A stretch of 64,000 nucleotides of DNA from an uncultured virus (IMG/VR IMGVR_UViG_3300032116_011488). Its lineage: Duplodnaviria; Heunggongvirae; Uroviricota; Caudoviricetes. Made by a program: the position numbers and the translations under genes. The first letter of the stretch is position 1. Each line of letters begins with the position of its first letter. The notes beneath the pieces were generated by a model. The model made no database searches. It was given only the letters and a program-made list of their open reading frames with translations, and was not told the DNA's origin. Below, piece by piece: positions 29,553-40,235 of this stretch. The stretch covers positions 1 through 64,000 of IMG/VR virus record IMGVR_UViG_3300032116_011488; one strand, written 5' to 3'.

Positions 29553-30651
29553 TGAGTCGTGGTTAGCACATAGTGATTTATTTAAAAAATATTGGGTAGT
29601 AGAAATTAAACCGTGGGTACGTAGTTTGGGTTGGTTTACTGACTATATGGAAACTGTAAAGGACGCAGATGGTTGGGCACAAGCAGGAGAAAAAGAATTA
29701 TCAGTATTTGATTATGTTCAGATTGTAGACCAACCGTTAGCTGAAAAGAAATTATATCGTTGTATTAATAGTGTTTCTTGGGAGCACATTTCTGGTCCTG
29801 TATTATTTGTCGTTCGTAAAGATAACGAGCAAGTGTTTATTGCAGGGTGGGCGGGAGAACGGAAGATTATTGAAAAGATGAAACAAGAAAGTGATGACCC
29901 ATGGCAATGGTCAGAAAAGATGATTGTCGAAGTTAATCCCGCATCTGCAATACGAACTGTGCCGACTGCAAAAAGACCAAAAGACAAAACTGTTCCTGTA
30001 TTTTTCGTCAGTAATGGGGAAAGTAATGCAGATGAAAATTGGAAGCATTTAACTAACTTATATCCACATGCAATTCGTATAGATGGAATAAATGGACGAA
30101 GAAAGATGTTTCATCGTTGTGTTGATTTAGCTAGGGACGCAAAGCAATTCTTTGTAATCACTGGCAAAAATTACATAACTGATTTAAATGTATTTAATTA
30201 TCCGGTTGAAACGGTTACAGATGCTCACATTATATTTCATGCAAAGAATATGAGTAATCGTTTGGAATATGGACATATGGGTATCGTCTGTTATAATAGC
30301 AATCTTGTACTGAATACTCCAAAAAACTTTGGATTGGATTTCACACAATTTAGTAAGACCGTTACTATTCCAATGACAGTCAGTGAAGCACACTTTGCAA
30401 CATCTCCGTTCGAAGCATGGAGAACTGCGTTCCGTGAAGCAGTTAAGTTATCTATGACACACACTCCAGATGCACATCTGTGGTTACAACGGTGGACTGC
30501 CTTTGCTGAAGGTCCAAACGCTAACTGGGTATTAAAGGGTACGGAAGACGGTATACAGTACGCAGAACAGTATGTAAAGAATCCAGATGAATTACAAAAA
30601 ACTGTGGATTGGAATTGGTTACAAGAAAAGTTTGAAGAGTTGCATGATTGA
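29542..30651 (+). CDS. Phage protein, C-terminal part possibly GT-A-like
   Basis: NADENW...RIDGING...LEYGHMG...SPFEAWRTAFREAVKL. Function inferred weakly from pattern and context. Confidence 0.5.
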   Translation: MLNNESWLAHSDLFKKYWVVEIKPWVRSLGWFTDYMETVKDADGWAQAGEKELSVFDYVQIVDQPLAEKKLYRCINSVSWEHISGPVLFVVRKDNEQVFIAGWAGERKIIEKMKQESDDPWQWSEKMIVEVNPASAIRTVPTAKRPKDKTVPVFFVSNGESNADENWKHLTNLYPHAIRIDGINGRRKMFHRCVDLARDAKQFFVITGKNYITDLNVFNYPVETVTDAHIIFHAKNMSNRLEYGHMGIVCYNSNLVLNTPKNFGLDFTQFSKTVTIPMTVSEAHFATSPFEAWRTAFREAVKLSMTHTPDAHLWLQRWTAFAEGPNANWVLKGTEDGIQYAEQYVKNPDELQKTVDWNWLQEKFEELHD

Positions 30652-31313
30652 CAATGACAATAAATCCAAACAATTTAATTCCTATATCAACTATCAACGA
30701 TACGTTAATGATAAAGTCATCACGCGTTATTCAATGGATGACAACAATACGTGAATGTCCTCCTGGTGCACGTTATAGAATACTTGAAAATTTTTGGGAA
30801 AGTCAAATACGTAGTAAATGTTGGTTAGTGAATTCTATAAAAAAGCATTTGCCTGCATTAACTGGACGAGTTTATGTAATTGGCGGATGGTATGGAATAT
30901 TATCACAATTGATAGTAGATAATTTTCCTACTATAGTATATAATGTAGATATAGATGATAGTTGTATAAAGTATGGTAAACTACTTTCAAACGATGATTC
31001 TAGAATACAATTTATAACAAATGATATGGCAAAGTTCAACAAATATGTCGATGCCAAGTTGATAATCAATACTAGTACAGAACACGTTACGGAAGAAAAA
31101 TACAATGAGTGGTTTTCAGGATTACCAGAAAATGTACCTATTGTTGTTCAAGGAAATGATTTTCATGAATGCGAAGACCATATAAGAACTACAGAATCAT
31201 TAGATGAGTTTAATAGAGTTAGTTTATTAAGAACTATAATATATTCAGATAAAATAGAATGTCCGGGTGTAGGTAAACCATTTCACAGATTTATGACAAT
31301 AGGATATAAATAA
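30648..31313 (+). CDS. Class I SAM-dependent methyltransferase-like protein
   Basis: VYVIGGWYG motif I, NVDID, IINTSTEH. Confidence 0.65.
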   Translation: MTMTINPNNLIPISTINDTLMIKSSRVIQWMTTIRECPPGARYRILENFWESQIRSKCWLVNSIKKHLPALTGRVYVIGGWYGILSQLIVDNFPTIVYNVDIDDSCIKYGKLLSNDDSRIQFITNDMAKFNKYVDAKLIINTSTEHVTEEKYNEWFSGLPENVPIVVQGNDFHECEDHIRTTESLDEFNRVSLLRTIIYSDKIECPGVGKPFHRFMTIGYK

Positions 31314-31314
31314 T

Positions 31315-32727
31315 ATGAGCGCATCGGAGTTATTTAGAAGCACAAAAAGAAAACTGGACGTTATTAGTTCAACAATGTGTTTAGCAAAGTGGCAACAAGT
31401 TACAATTCATTTAGGTAACGGAACGACTCATAGCTGCCACCATCCTAGGGTTCATTTAATTCCTTTAGAAGAATTAGAAAATAATCCATCTGCTTTACAT
31501 AACACACAGTATAAAAAAGAATTAAGAAAGCAGATGTTAAATGGAGAACGTCCAGACGAATGTGATTATTGTTGGAGAGTAGAAGATAATCCACGTGGTG
31601 ATACGGATGGGGATGTATATAGTGACAGAATTGTGAAGAGTTCTGAAAATTGGGCTGCTCCGCACTATGACCAAGTTAAAAATATGCCGTGGAGCACCAA
31701 TATAAATCCATCATATATGGAAGTTGATTTCGATACTACTTGTAATTTTAAGTGTGCGTACTGTTCTCCGCTGTATTCTACTACGTGGATGCAAGAAATT
31801 AAACAACACGGTCCATATAAATTACCAACTATGGTCTTTAATAACATAGATCACTTAGAACGTGGTAAAGGATTACCTATTTTACAGTCTGAAGAAAATC
31901 CTTATATTGATGCGTTCTGGAAGTGGTGGCCTGATGCTGTACGTCACCTCCATACGTTTAGAATTACTGGTGGGGAACCACTACTAAGTAAGAATACATT
32001 TAAAGTTCTTGACTTCTTAATTGACAACCCACAACCACAGATGGAATTTAACATCAACAGTAATTTGGGTGCACCTAAGGAAATTGTAGATAAATTTATT
32101 GAAAAAATTGCAATCATACAAGACAAAAAGGCTGTCAAGGAATTTAAGCTATTTACTAGTAATGAAGCTCACGGCAAACGAGCAGAATATATTCGTTTTG
32201 GTTTAAACTACGATTACTGGTTAGGTAATGTGGACAGAGTTTTAAGCGAAGTGCCCGATAGTAAAGTCACTATGATGAGTACGTTTAATTTATTGTCTGT
32301 TACTTCTTACTTAGATTTCTTAAAGGATATGTTGGAATTGAAATTACGTTATTCACATCAAACAAAGAGACAAATACCATTAGCAGTAGACGTACCATAC
32401 CTAAGACATCCAGACTTTTTAGCAGCATGGGTGTTAACTGAGAATTATCTTGATTATATTGGAGAGTGTGTAACTTTCATGTATAGAAATCAAGAATTTG
32501 GCAGATGGTATCCGTTGGCTACCAAGGGATTCTTTGAACATGAAATTCACAGAATGGAACGGTTGTATTATTTAGTTTCTAAACAAATGGGAGTTAATAA
32601 ACCAGAAAACATAGAACAGAGAAGAAACTTTGGCCTATTCATTGATGAATATGATAAGCGTAGAGGAACAAATTTCACACAAACCTTTCCAGAATTAGAA
32701 GATTTTTACCGTTTCTGTAAGATTTGA
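31315..32727 (+). CDS. Radical SAM enzyme with N-terminal twitch/SPASM-like domain
   Basis: CNFKCAYC, TGGEP, N-terminal C..SCHH..CDYCW. Confidence 0.85.
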   Translation: MSASELFRSTKRKLDVISSTMCLAKWQQVTIHLGNGTTHSCHHPRVHLIPLEELENNPSALHNTQYKKELRKQMLNGERPDECDYCWRVEDNPRGDTDGDVYSDRIVKSSENWAAPHYDQVKNMPWSTNINPSYMEVDFDTTCNFKCAYCSPLYSTTWMQEIKQHGPYKLPTMVFNNIDHLERGKGLPILQSEENPYIDAFWKWWPDAVRHLHTFRITGGEPLLSKNTFKVLDFLIDNPQPQMEFNINSNLGAPKEIVDKFIEKIAIIQDKKAVKEFKLFTSNEAHGKRAEYIRFGLNYDYWLGNVDRVLSEVPDSKVTMMSTFNLLSVTSYLDFLKDMLELKLRYSHQTKRQIPLAVDVPYLRHPDFLAAWVLTENYLDYIGECVTFMYRNQEFGRWYPLATKGFFEHEIHRMERLYYLVSKQMGVNKPENIEQRRNFGLFIDEYDKRRGTNFTQTFPELEDFYRFCKI

Positions 32728-32728
32728 G

Positions 32729-34108
32729 ATGAAGAGAATAAATTTTTTGTATGAGTTTATAACACCGAACGGCGTATTACCGCTGGGATATCAAAAAACA
32801 GATCTTCCAATAATCTTTAGTGAAATTAATGAAGTATTAATAGGAGTAGACCACGCTACTATTAGAAGCGTGAATGCTCCTAAGTTTAGAGTGTCATCAC
32901 CAGCATATGATATTTTTGATATCATATCAGATTACTTTGAACCATATAAAGATATACGTAGAGTATTACTTAAAGATTTAAGTGAAGCAGAACTTAAAAA
33001 TGATTATAATATTTTTGCAATAACTAGTACACATGACCAATCTATTGTCGAGTACATATCTGGATTAGACTTTGATGATATGTTTACTAGTTCGGCGTTT
33101 TCATTACTTAAAAAGCATGATAGAGTAAAATTGGTGTTTATTGATAATAAAGAAGGCGGGTTTCAGTACCCAGATAAATTTTTTAAATCTATTCACACGT
33201 TTGTTGATAAGCATAAATTTAATAAAAACAAAATAATTTTTATAACTAATACTTCTAACATAAAAGAAATTTATGAAAATTATTTAAAAAAGTCACAATT
33301 ATATTCATTTATGATTTGTGAGTCCATTAACTTTTACATTAGTGGTGAACCTGGTAAAAATATTGTACGGTATGAAAACACCACTAAAAACTATCTAGTA
33401 GATAAGATAGTAGAACATGATATGGAGTATTCCTTGGATATGTCTCCATCAAGTAATCTACGCAATAAACACTTCTTATGTATGAACAGAAATAGTGGTA
33501 GACTGCATAGACCCAAATTAATATTAAAATTAATACAAGAAGGAATATTTGATAAAGGATTGTCGTCTTTATTAAGGTCCGACGAATTTAATAGATTCTG
33601 CGAAAAACCAGAAAATATAGATTATAAAACTAATATAAAAGAAAAGTATCCATTTGTGATAGATTATGAAAACGCAGATTATGTTGCGGGTATGCACAAT
33701 TATTTCACAAAAAAAGAAATGTGGAATGATACTTACTTCTCGATAGTAGCAGAAAGTTGTATAGAAACAGGTCCGGTGTTTATTACAGAAAAGGTAGTAA
33801 GACCTATGATATATTTTCATCCGTTTATAGTTTATGGTAATCCAAACACGTTGTCAGAACTACGTAAACTAGGATTTAAAACTTTCCCAGAATTTTTTGA
33901 TGAAAGTTATGATTTAATTGAGAACGAAGATGAACGTTTATCAATGATTGTAGAAAATATAAAGCGTATAAGTAATATGACATTGGAAGATGTACATAAG
34001 TTATATAACTCTGTATATCCAAAATTAGTCCACAACAGAAATTTGTTAGCTAAAATGGCAAAAGATAATTTTGTTGGTAACAAGTTTTTAGATACTATAA
34101 ATTTATGA
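32729..34108 (+). CDS. GT10-like (GT-B) putative glycosyltransferase, paralog 1
   Basis: FLCMNR..RLHR...FSIVAES...FITEKVVRP..HPFIVYG..LRKLGFKTF..FDESYD. Confidence 0.55.
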   Translation: MKRINFLYEFITPNGVLPLGYQKTDLPIIFSEINEVLIGVDHATIRSVNAPKFRVSSPAYDIFDIISDYFEPYKDIRRVLLKDLSEAELKNDYNIFAITSTHDQSIVEYISGLDFDDMFTSSAFSLLKKHDRVKLVFIDNKEGGFQYPDKFFKSIHTFVDKHKFNKNKIIFITNTSNIKEIYENYLKKSQLYSFMICESINFYISGEPGKNIVRYENTTKNYLVDKIVEHDMEYSLDMSPSSNLRNKHFLCMNRNSGRLHRPKLILKLIQEGIFDKGLSSLLRSDEFNRFCEKPENIDYKTNIKEKYPFVIDYENADYVAGMHNYFTKKEMWNDTYFSIVAESCIETGPVFITEKVVRPMIYFHPFIVYGNPNTLSELRKLGFKTFPEFFDESYDLIENEDERLSMIVENIKRISNMTLEDVHKLYNSVYPKLVHNRNLLAKMAKDNFVGNKFLDTINL

Positions 34109-35538
34109 AAGACATTTTTTTAGTGCATGATTATATAACACCGTATGGTGAGTTGGAAAACGGTTTGAATTTTGATTATTTTTATTCTTATATTGAAAAG
34201 GATTTCAACAAATACCACGACATCATAGCCGATTTACAAAAAAAATATTACGATGGTGTCTCTGTATGGATTGGACAAGGTACTATCTCGTATGCAGTAA
34301 AGGAAGAACTATCCACATATGATGTATTTGCAAATAATCATAAAACCGATGGTGTGTATCTATATCCTATATCTCCATTTGGTGGAGCTAGTTGTGCGTT
34401 TGGAATAAACCATAGTTTACACCAGAACAGGTCATTTTTCTTTTTCATACCAGAGAAAACAAAATACTTAATTAGAACTTTAGAAAATTTCTACTTATTT
34501 ATAAATTATTCCAACGAAGGTACGTTGGATACTAATTTTTTTGAAGTAATATATAAAGATGCAGAAGAATTCAATATTCCGTTCGAAAAAATAATATTCT
34601 GTATATCTGATTATGATATAAAAATGAGTTTCGATGCTTGGTATCAAGGATATAAAAACAGACCAGATGTAAGTTCAAACATATCCAAAATCAAGATTTT
34701 GTATCACACATGGTCATTGAGAGACAAGGCAAAGGAGTTTAAAAAAATATTAAACAACGAGGCCACGGTATTTAATCACAATAAAAACAAATGTACAGTC
34801 GTAACAAAAGAAGAAGTTACAGACAAAATTGTTAGACAAAAACGATTTTTAATGTTGAATAGAAGATTAAGACCGCATAGGTTATACTCTATATTACTAT
34901 GCAGCCATTTGAATTTGCTAAACGAGTTTTATATTTCTTATGATTTAAACAATATGGAAGTGTTTGAATTAGAAAAATCAATGTATACAACCGACCATCT
35001 TAAAAATGAATTTCCATTTGAATTAGTAGAAGAAGAATACAAAAAATTAAAGATGACAGCTCCGGTTAGTACGCTAGATTTTAAAAATTTACAAGATGTG
35101 TGGGGATTTAATTTTGAAGATAAACGAATTTATCAGCAATCATACATACACATAACTTCGGAAACTAATTTTTTTGAAAATGGTGGATATTTTTCTGAAA
35201 AGACATGGAAACCCATCGGCCATCTCCAACCGTTCATTTTTCTTGGACCAGCAAATGGATTAAAAGAAATTAAAAAGTTAGGATTTAAAACATTTTCTCC
35301 ATTTATAGATGAAAGTTATGATGAAGAAAGAAATAATGCAAAACGATTTAAAATGATAATAAATGAAATAGAAAGATTAGCAAAATTGCCATTAGAAGAA
35401 ATTCATAATTGGTATCATTCTATTTTTGAAGATATTTTAATATATAATCAAGAGTTGTTTATACAATATGAAAATGATGACTTGATGAAAAATTTTTTCA
35501 CTAAAAATCTGTTTGAGGTCTTGGATGTTAACACCTAA
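34105..35538 (+). CDS. GT10-like putative glycosyltransferase, paralog 2
   Basis: FLMLNRRLRPHR...HITSET...FSEKTWKP..QPFIFLG..LGFKTF..IDESYD. Confidence 0.55.
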   Translation: MKDIFLVHDYITPYGELENGLNFDYFYSYIEKDFNKYHDIIADLQKKYYDGVSVWIGQGTISYAVKEELSTYDVFANNHKTDGVYLYPISPFGGASCAFGINHSLHQNRSFFFFIPEKTKYLIRTLENFYLFINYSNEGTLDTNFFEVIYKDAEEFNIPFEKIIFCISDYDIKMSFDAWYQGYKNRPDVSSNISKIKILYHTWSLRDKAKEFKKILNNEATVFNHNKNKCTVVTKEEVTDKIVRQKRFLMLNRRLRPHRLYSILLCSHLNLLNEFYISYDLNNMEVFELEKSMYTTDHLKNEFPFELVEEEYKKLKMTAPVSTLDFKNLQDVWGFNFEDKRIYQQSYIHITSETNFFENGGYFSEKTWKPIGHLQPFIFLGPANGLKEIKKLGFKTFSPFIDESYDEERNNAKRFKMIINEIERLAKLPLEEIHNWYHSIFEDILIYNQELFIQYENDDLMKNFFTKNLFEVLDVNT

Positions 35539-36532
35539 TGTAAATAATGAATGGGGACAACTTAAAAAAATAATACTGGGAAGTTCTTTCGGTGCGCAAA
35601 TTCCTACTACGAAGGATAAAGGACTGCATTGTGTAGATTACGCTCATTATACTGATGAAGAGTTTTCTACAATACCAACTGGTTCATATCCATTACAAGT
35701 CTTAGAAGAAACACAACAAGACTTAATGCAGATAGAACAAATTTTAACTGGATTGGGAGTCGAGGTATATCGTCCACCCTCTATTCCGAAAAATAGACCA
35801 TTTAATGACTCGTATTATGATTATTGTCCACGGGATTCTATGTTGGTAATTAAAGATAAAGTTATAGCTACTCCTATGACATTACGTCAACGAAGAGATG
35901 AAGCGGACAAATACAGACAACTATTTACGCCGGAAAGTTGGGTAACCTTTCCAAAACCAGTTGCAGATGATAGCTTATATGACCGTAGTGATTTGTCGAG
36001 AAGTACGTTGATGAATACTGAGCCCGTATTTGATGCAGCAAACGTACTTAAAGCAAACTATGATTTATTATACTTGGTATCAAATACTGGAAACAAGGCT
36101 GGAGCTGAATATTTACAAAATTGGTTACACGACAACATATCAGAACACTATAGAGTACATCTTGCAGAGAATATATACGCATATATTCATATAGACACCA
36201 CGTTTGTTTTCTTACGAGAGGGGTTGGTATTGACAAACCCAGCTAGAGTTAATGTAAACAACATGCCAGATTTTCTAAGAAGATGGGATGTATTAAATGC
36301 ATCGGAACCATATCCGACTCAAGTTATGTCAGATTGGTGTCCGGCGTCACCGTGGTTAGGTATGAATATTTTGTCTATTAATGAAAAACTGGTTATGGTA
36401 GAAGAACACCAGATTATGTTAATGAAAATGTTAAAAAAGTTTGGAATTGAGTCAATACCAGTTAAATTACGCCACGCAAGAACATTAAGCGGCGGTCCTC
36501 ACTGTATTACATTGGATATTGAAAGAGAGTAA
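35525..36532 (+). CDS. Amidinotransferase (glycine/inosamine-phosphate amidinotransferase family)
   Basis: NEWGQLKKIILG, YCPRD, FDAAN, HIDTT, GMNILS and catalytic GGPHCIT. Confidence 0.88.
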   Translation: MLTPNVNNEWGQLKKIILGSSFGAQIPTTKDKGLHCVDYAHYTDEEFSTIPTGSYPLQVLEETQQDLMQIEQILTGLGVEVYRPPSIPKNRPFNDSYYDYCPRDSMLVIKDKVIATPMTLRQRRDEADKYRQLFTPESWVTFPKPVADDSLYDRSDLSRSTLMNTEPVFDAANVLKANYDLLYLVSNTGNKAGAEYLQNWLHDNISEHYRVHLAENIYAYIHIDTTFVFLREGLVLTNPARVNVNNMPDFLRRWDVLNASEPYPTQVMSDWCPASPWLGMNILSINEKLVMVEEHQIMLMKMLKKFGIESIPVKLRHARTLSGGPHCITLDIERE

Positions 36533-36536
36533 CCCC

Positions 36537-36565
36537 TTGACATATTTACAAAAAAGTATTATAAT
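36537..36565 (+). promoter_or_regulatory. Consensus sigma70 promoter
   Basis: TTGACA (36537-36542), 17 nt, TATAAT (36560-36565). SD AAGGAGG downstream. Confidence 0.8.
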
Positions 36566-36593
36566 TAATTAACCTTTAAGGAGGGTAAGTGTT

Positions 36594-37376
36594 ATGAAAG
36601 AATGGAAGTATATAACGACAGAAGAACAACAGCAAATGTTATTCGCATGGCGGTACATTGGTTTCGTTAATTTGGAACTTTTGACCGAAGAAGAAGTAGA
36701 CGAAATAAACGAAGAAATGGATACACTTCGCCGTGCAAGAACAGGAACTACTTCACCCGATGGAAAGGTTTGGGGAGAATGGGATCCATTCTCATATCCA
36801 CACAAGTTATCTCCTAAATTAGCAAAGTTGTATTCACACCCAAAGATTCTTGAAGCATCAGAATTCTTAATGGGAACAGAAATCATCGGTATGCAAAGTT
36901 GGGGATATTTCAAGCCACCCGGACAGCTCGGACGGGATATGCATCAAAACGCATTCTATACTAAGTGTGGCCCAAATGAAATCATCAATGTGGCTATTGC
37001 ACTAGATAACCATGACCCTGTGAATGGTGCGGTATGGAATTACGAAGGTTCGCATCTTCTCCCAGTACTTCCAATCGAAGTTGATGAAGAACGGACAAAG
37101 ACCAATCCAGCATTCTGGCACAATGAACGCGGTAAGCCTTGTGTAATGCCAGAAGGACATGGGTTCCGAAAGATTGAAGGTTTCCAACGAAAGGGAACGA
37201 TGACTCTTCTTCACTCCCACGTTGTCCATGGCTCTGAACCAAATGTATCAAATAGAATGCGCCGTAACTTCATCGGCGGTTATTTGAAGAAGGGAGCACC
37301 TTTCGCTTCTGGAAATCAAATGAAGCGTGAACCAATCGATATGTACGCAATGCGAAGGGAGCATTGGGGGTTCTAA
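36594..37376 (+). CDS. Phytanoyl-CoA dioxygenase (PhyH)-family Fe/2OG enzyme
   Basis: FKPPG..MHQN, IALD...NGA...GSH, HSHVVHGSEPN.S.RMR. Confidence 0.8.
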   Translation: MKEWKYITTEEQQQMLFAWRYIGFVNLELLTEEEVDEINEEMDTLRRARTGTTSPDGKVWGEWDPFSYPHKLSPKLAKLYSHPKILEASEFLMGTEIIGMQSWGYFKPPGQLGRDMHQNAFYTKCGPNEIINVAIALDNHDPVNGAVWNYEGSHLLPVLPIEVDEERTKTNPAFWHNERGKPCVMPEGHGFRKIEGFQRKGTMTLLHSHVVHGSEPNVSNRMRRNFIGGYLKKGAPFASGNQMKREPIDMYAMRREHWGF

Positions 37377-37377
37377 A

Positions 37378-38346
37378 GTGAAAGTATTATTAACTGGTGG
37401 TGCTGGTTATTTAGGTTCTATAATCACCAACAAGCTACTTAATGACGGATACGCGGTGACTGTGTTAGACTCTTTGGAGTTTAACCAGCTATCGCTGCTT
37501 CCGTATGTCAAAAATAAAAACTTTACTTTTATTTACGGTGATGCTAGAAATAAAACCATCCTTAAAAAATTAATAGAATCACACGATGTAATCATCCCGC
37601 TAGCAGCAAGAGTAGGATTTCCAGCGTGCGATGCTGACCCTCTTACCGCAACGCAACTGAATTACGAACAAATCGTTGATGTGGTTAAGTTTGCAGATGG
37701 TAAAGCTAAGATACTATTCCCAAATACTAATAGTGGATATGGAGTGGCAGAGGGTGGACAGGTTTGTAAAGAAACTAGTCCACTCAATCCTATTTCTCAC
37801 TATGGAGTAACTAAGGTAAACGCAGAACGATTCTTATTACAGAATAGTGATGCTATATGCTTTAGACTCGCTACTGTATTTGGTCCATCCCCACGAATGA
37901 GAACCGATTTGCTGGTGAATGAATTCGTGTATAAAGCCATAACTGACAAATATATTGTATTGTTTGAACCACACTTCAAGAGAAATTACATTCATATTGA
38001 AGATGTGGCAAATGTATTTTCATTTATGTTAGCAAATTATGACACACATAAGAACGAAGTATTCAATGTAGGATTATCTGATGCTAACTTGTCAAAGTTG
38101 GAATTAGTTAATCTGATTAAAAAATATGTTCCAGATTTTGCTATAAGTGTTTCTGATTATTACGAAGACCCAGACAAGCGGGATTACATCGTATCTAACG
38201 AAAAGATTGAAGCAACCGGATGGCGTCCACAATATAGTATTGATGATGGTATCGTGGAACTTATTAACACATATAGAATGATTGTTCCTAGAATGTCATC
38301 TGAATTTAGAAACGGATTTCCATTGGGATACGCAAACAATCTCTAA
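37378..38346 (+). CDS. NAD-dependent epimerase/dehydratase
   Basis: GTG start, TGGAGYLGS, YGVTK (YxxxK), RLATVFG. Confidence 0.88.
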   Translation: MKVLLTGGAGYLGSIITNKLLNDGYAVTVLDSLEFNQLSLLPYVKNKNFTFIYGDARNKTILKKLIESHDVIIPLAARVGFPACDADPLTATQLNYEQIVDVVKFADGKAKILFPNTNSGYGVAEGGQVCKETSPLNPISHYGVTKVNAERFLLQNSDAICFRLATVFGPSPRMRTDLLVNEFVYKAITDKYIVLFEPHFKRNYIHIEDVANVFSFMLANYDTHKNEVFNVGLSDANLSKLELVNLIKKYVPDFAISVSDYYEDPDKRDYIVSNEKIEATGWRPQYSIDDGIVELINTYRMIVPRMSSEFRNGFPLGYANNL

Positions 38347-38347
38347 T

Positions 38348-38899
38348 ATGAACTATAAATATACTCGCTGGAATGACTTTGAGGTTCGTCCATCAAAAGT
38401 ATTTGGTGACGAAGTTCCTATGTTTTCTCCTACATCATATCAAGAATTTCGCGGGGAAATCTGGACCAGCTATCATTCTAAGTTCCATCCGATGAAGGAT
38501 TATATTAGTTATATGACCGACCCCGTAATACACGATAGACATTCTCGGTCGTATAAAGGTGTATTGCGGGGACTACATTATGACCATAAAACTTGGAAAA
38601 TGGTTCAGGCGCTAGTAGGTGACATTTATTTAGTGGTACTGGATGTTCGGGAAGATTCATTTACCTACGGAAAATGGGAATCATATATAATCTCAGAAGC
38701 CAATAAAATGCAAGTACTTGTCCCACCTGGGTTCGCTAATGGCCATTATGCATTAACTGACTGTATATTTAGTTATAATTTATTTTATGACGGTGATTTT
38801 GTTGACGTAGATAAACAATTAGTTATCAAATGGAATGACCCCAAGTTTGGTATGGAATGGCCAACCTCTACCCCAATATTACAAAAACGTGATTCATAA
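38348..38899 (+). CDS. rmlC: dTDP-4-dehydrorhamnose 3,5-epimerase family
   Basis: SRSYKGVLRGLHY, VLDVREDSFTYGKW, VPPGFANGH, KWNDP. Confidence 0.85.
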   Translation: MNYKYTRWNDFEVRPSKVFGDEVPMFSPTSYQEFRGEIWTSYHSKFHPMKDYISYMTDPVIHDRHSRSYKGVLRGLHYDHKTWKMVQALVGDIYLVVLDVREDSFTYGKWESYIISEANKMQVLVPPGFANGHYALTDCIFSYNLFYDGDFVDVDKQLVIKWNDPKFGMEWPTSTPILQKRDS

Positions 38900-39609
38900 T
38901 GAAAAGGTACAATCATGTATTATCTTTCGGATGTAGTTTTACCGAAGGTGGTGGGCTGGACTCACCAGAACATTATAGATATGTAAAAGGTAATTGTAAT
39001 ATAGGAAAAAGTACACTAAAAACATATATGTCGGACCACGCATATCCAGCGGTTTTAGCAAAACAATTAAAATGCGTTCACACAAATAAAAGTATTTCTC
39101 GTGCATCAAATGAATTAATTTTCAAAACTTTGTATGAAAATACAAAAAATATTTTTGATGGAACTGGATTATTAGTAACAATACAAACAACTATATTATC
39201 TAGATTACTATTATACCTTGAAGATAATAAGCAATTTCAGACGGTTAATGGATTGTATGGTCCCGATTATATTCAACAATACTATGAACTATACATAAAA
39301 CATTTTTATAACGCAAAAATTGAATACGCAAAATTATTACAAAATATAGATGTGTACAGTCAGTATTTAAAAAATAAAAATATAGATTTTGTTTGGTTGT
39401 TAGGGGACACAGACGGAGAACCAGTGGTAGCAAACAAATATACGATACCATTTGAACATGAAAGTTTACTGTCATTTATCAGTAGTAATAAATTAAGAAT
39501 ATGCGATTTACCTAATAACCCGTTCGTTGATTATCATATTTCTGAACGTGGCCACGAAGTAGTTTCAGAAAAAATAATAAAGCATTTAGAGGAATATTAT
39601 GGTTACTAA
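38899..39609 (+). CDS. SGNH/GDSL-like protein
   Basis: FGCSFTEG, SISRASNE, C-terminal DYHISERGH. Confidence 0.6.
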   Translation: MKRYNHVLSFGCSFTEGGGLDSPEHYRYVKGNCNIGKSTLKTYMSDHAYPAVLAKQLKCVHTNKSISRASNELIFKTLYENTKNIFDGTGLLVTIQTTILSRLLLYLEDNKQFQTVNGLYGPDYIQQYYELYIKHFYNAKIEYAKLLQNIDVYSQYLKNKNIDFVWLLGDTDGEPVVANKYTIPFEHESLLSFISSNKLRICDLPNNPFVDYHISERGHEVVSEKIIKHLEEYYGY

Positions 39610-40231
39610 TTTAGAAAAATATCCAGTAGTCAGAGACATTTTACATACAACCGACGATTTAATTTTATTTGAAGATAAAATTGTACAGCATTGGGAAGAT
39701 GGTAAGATTCGTGGTCCTGTTCATCTTTCGAATGGAAACGAAAGTCAGCTTATAGATATTTTCAAACGTATTAAAACAACTGATTGGGTATTCTCAACAT
39801 GGCGTTCACACTATCATGCCCTACTCAAAGGAATCTCACCAGAGTGGATTGAATCGGAAATTCTTCAAGGTAAATCAATTACGCTATGTAATATAGATGA
39901 AAAGTTTTATTCTTCTGCCATAGTCGGAGGAACTCTTTCTATCGCTCTAGGTGTAGCCACGGCTATCAAGCGTGACGGCGGGAATGACAAGGTGTGGTGC
40001 TTTATTGGTGATATGTCGTTTGAAAGTGGTATATTCTATGAAGTTCATAAGTACGCCAGAAACTTTGGATTACCATTATATTTTATTGTAGAAGATAATC
40101 ATGTTTCTACTAATACACCAACAGAAGCCACTTGGAATTATACCCTACGGGATATTCCAGAGGATGTTATTTATTATAATTACAAGTCAAAATATCCTCA
40201 TTACGGCACTGGAAAATGGGTAGTGTTTTGA
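39599..40231 (+). CDS. TPP-dependent E1-alpha-like subunit
   Basis: GPVHLSNGNE, STWRSHYH, SAIVGG, TPP motif GDMSFESG...EDN. Confidence 0.85.
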   Translation: MVTNLEKYPVVRDILHTTDDLILFEDKIVQHWEDGKIRGPVHLSNGNESQLIDIFKRIKTTDWVFSTWRSHYHALLKGISPEWIESEILQGKSITLCNIDEKFYSSAIVGGTLSIALGVATAIKRDGGNDKVWCFIGDMSFESGIFYEVHKYARNFGLPLYFIVEDNHVSTNTPTEATWNYTLRDIPEDVIYYNYKSKYPHYGTGKWVVF

Positions 40232-40235
40232 GTTT

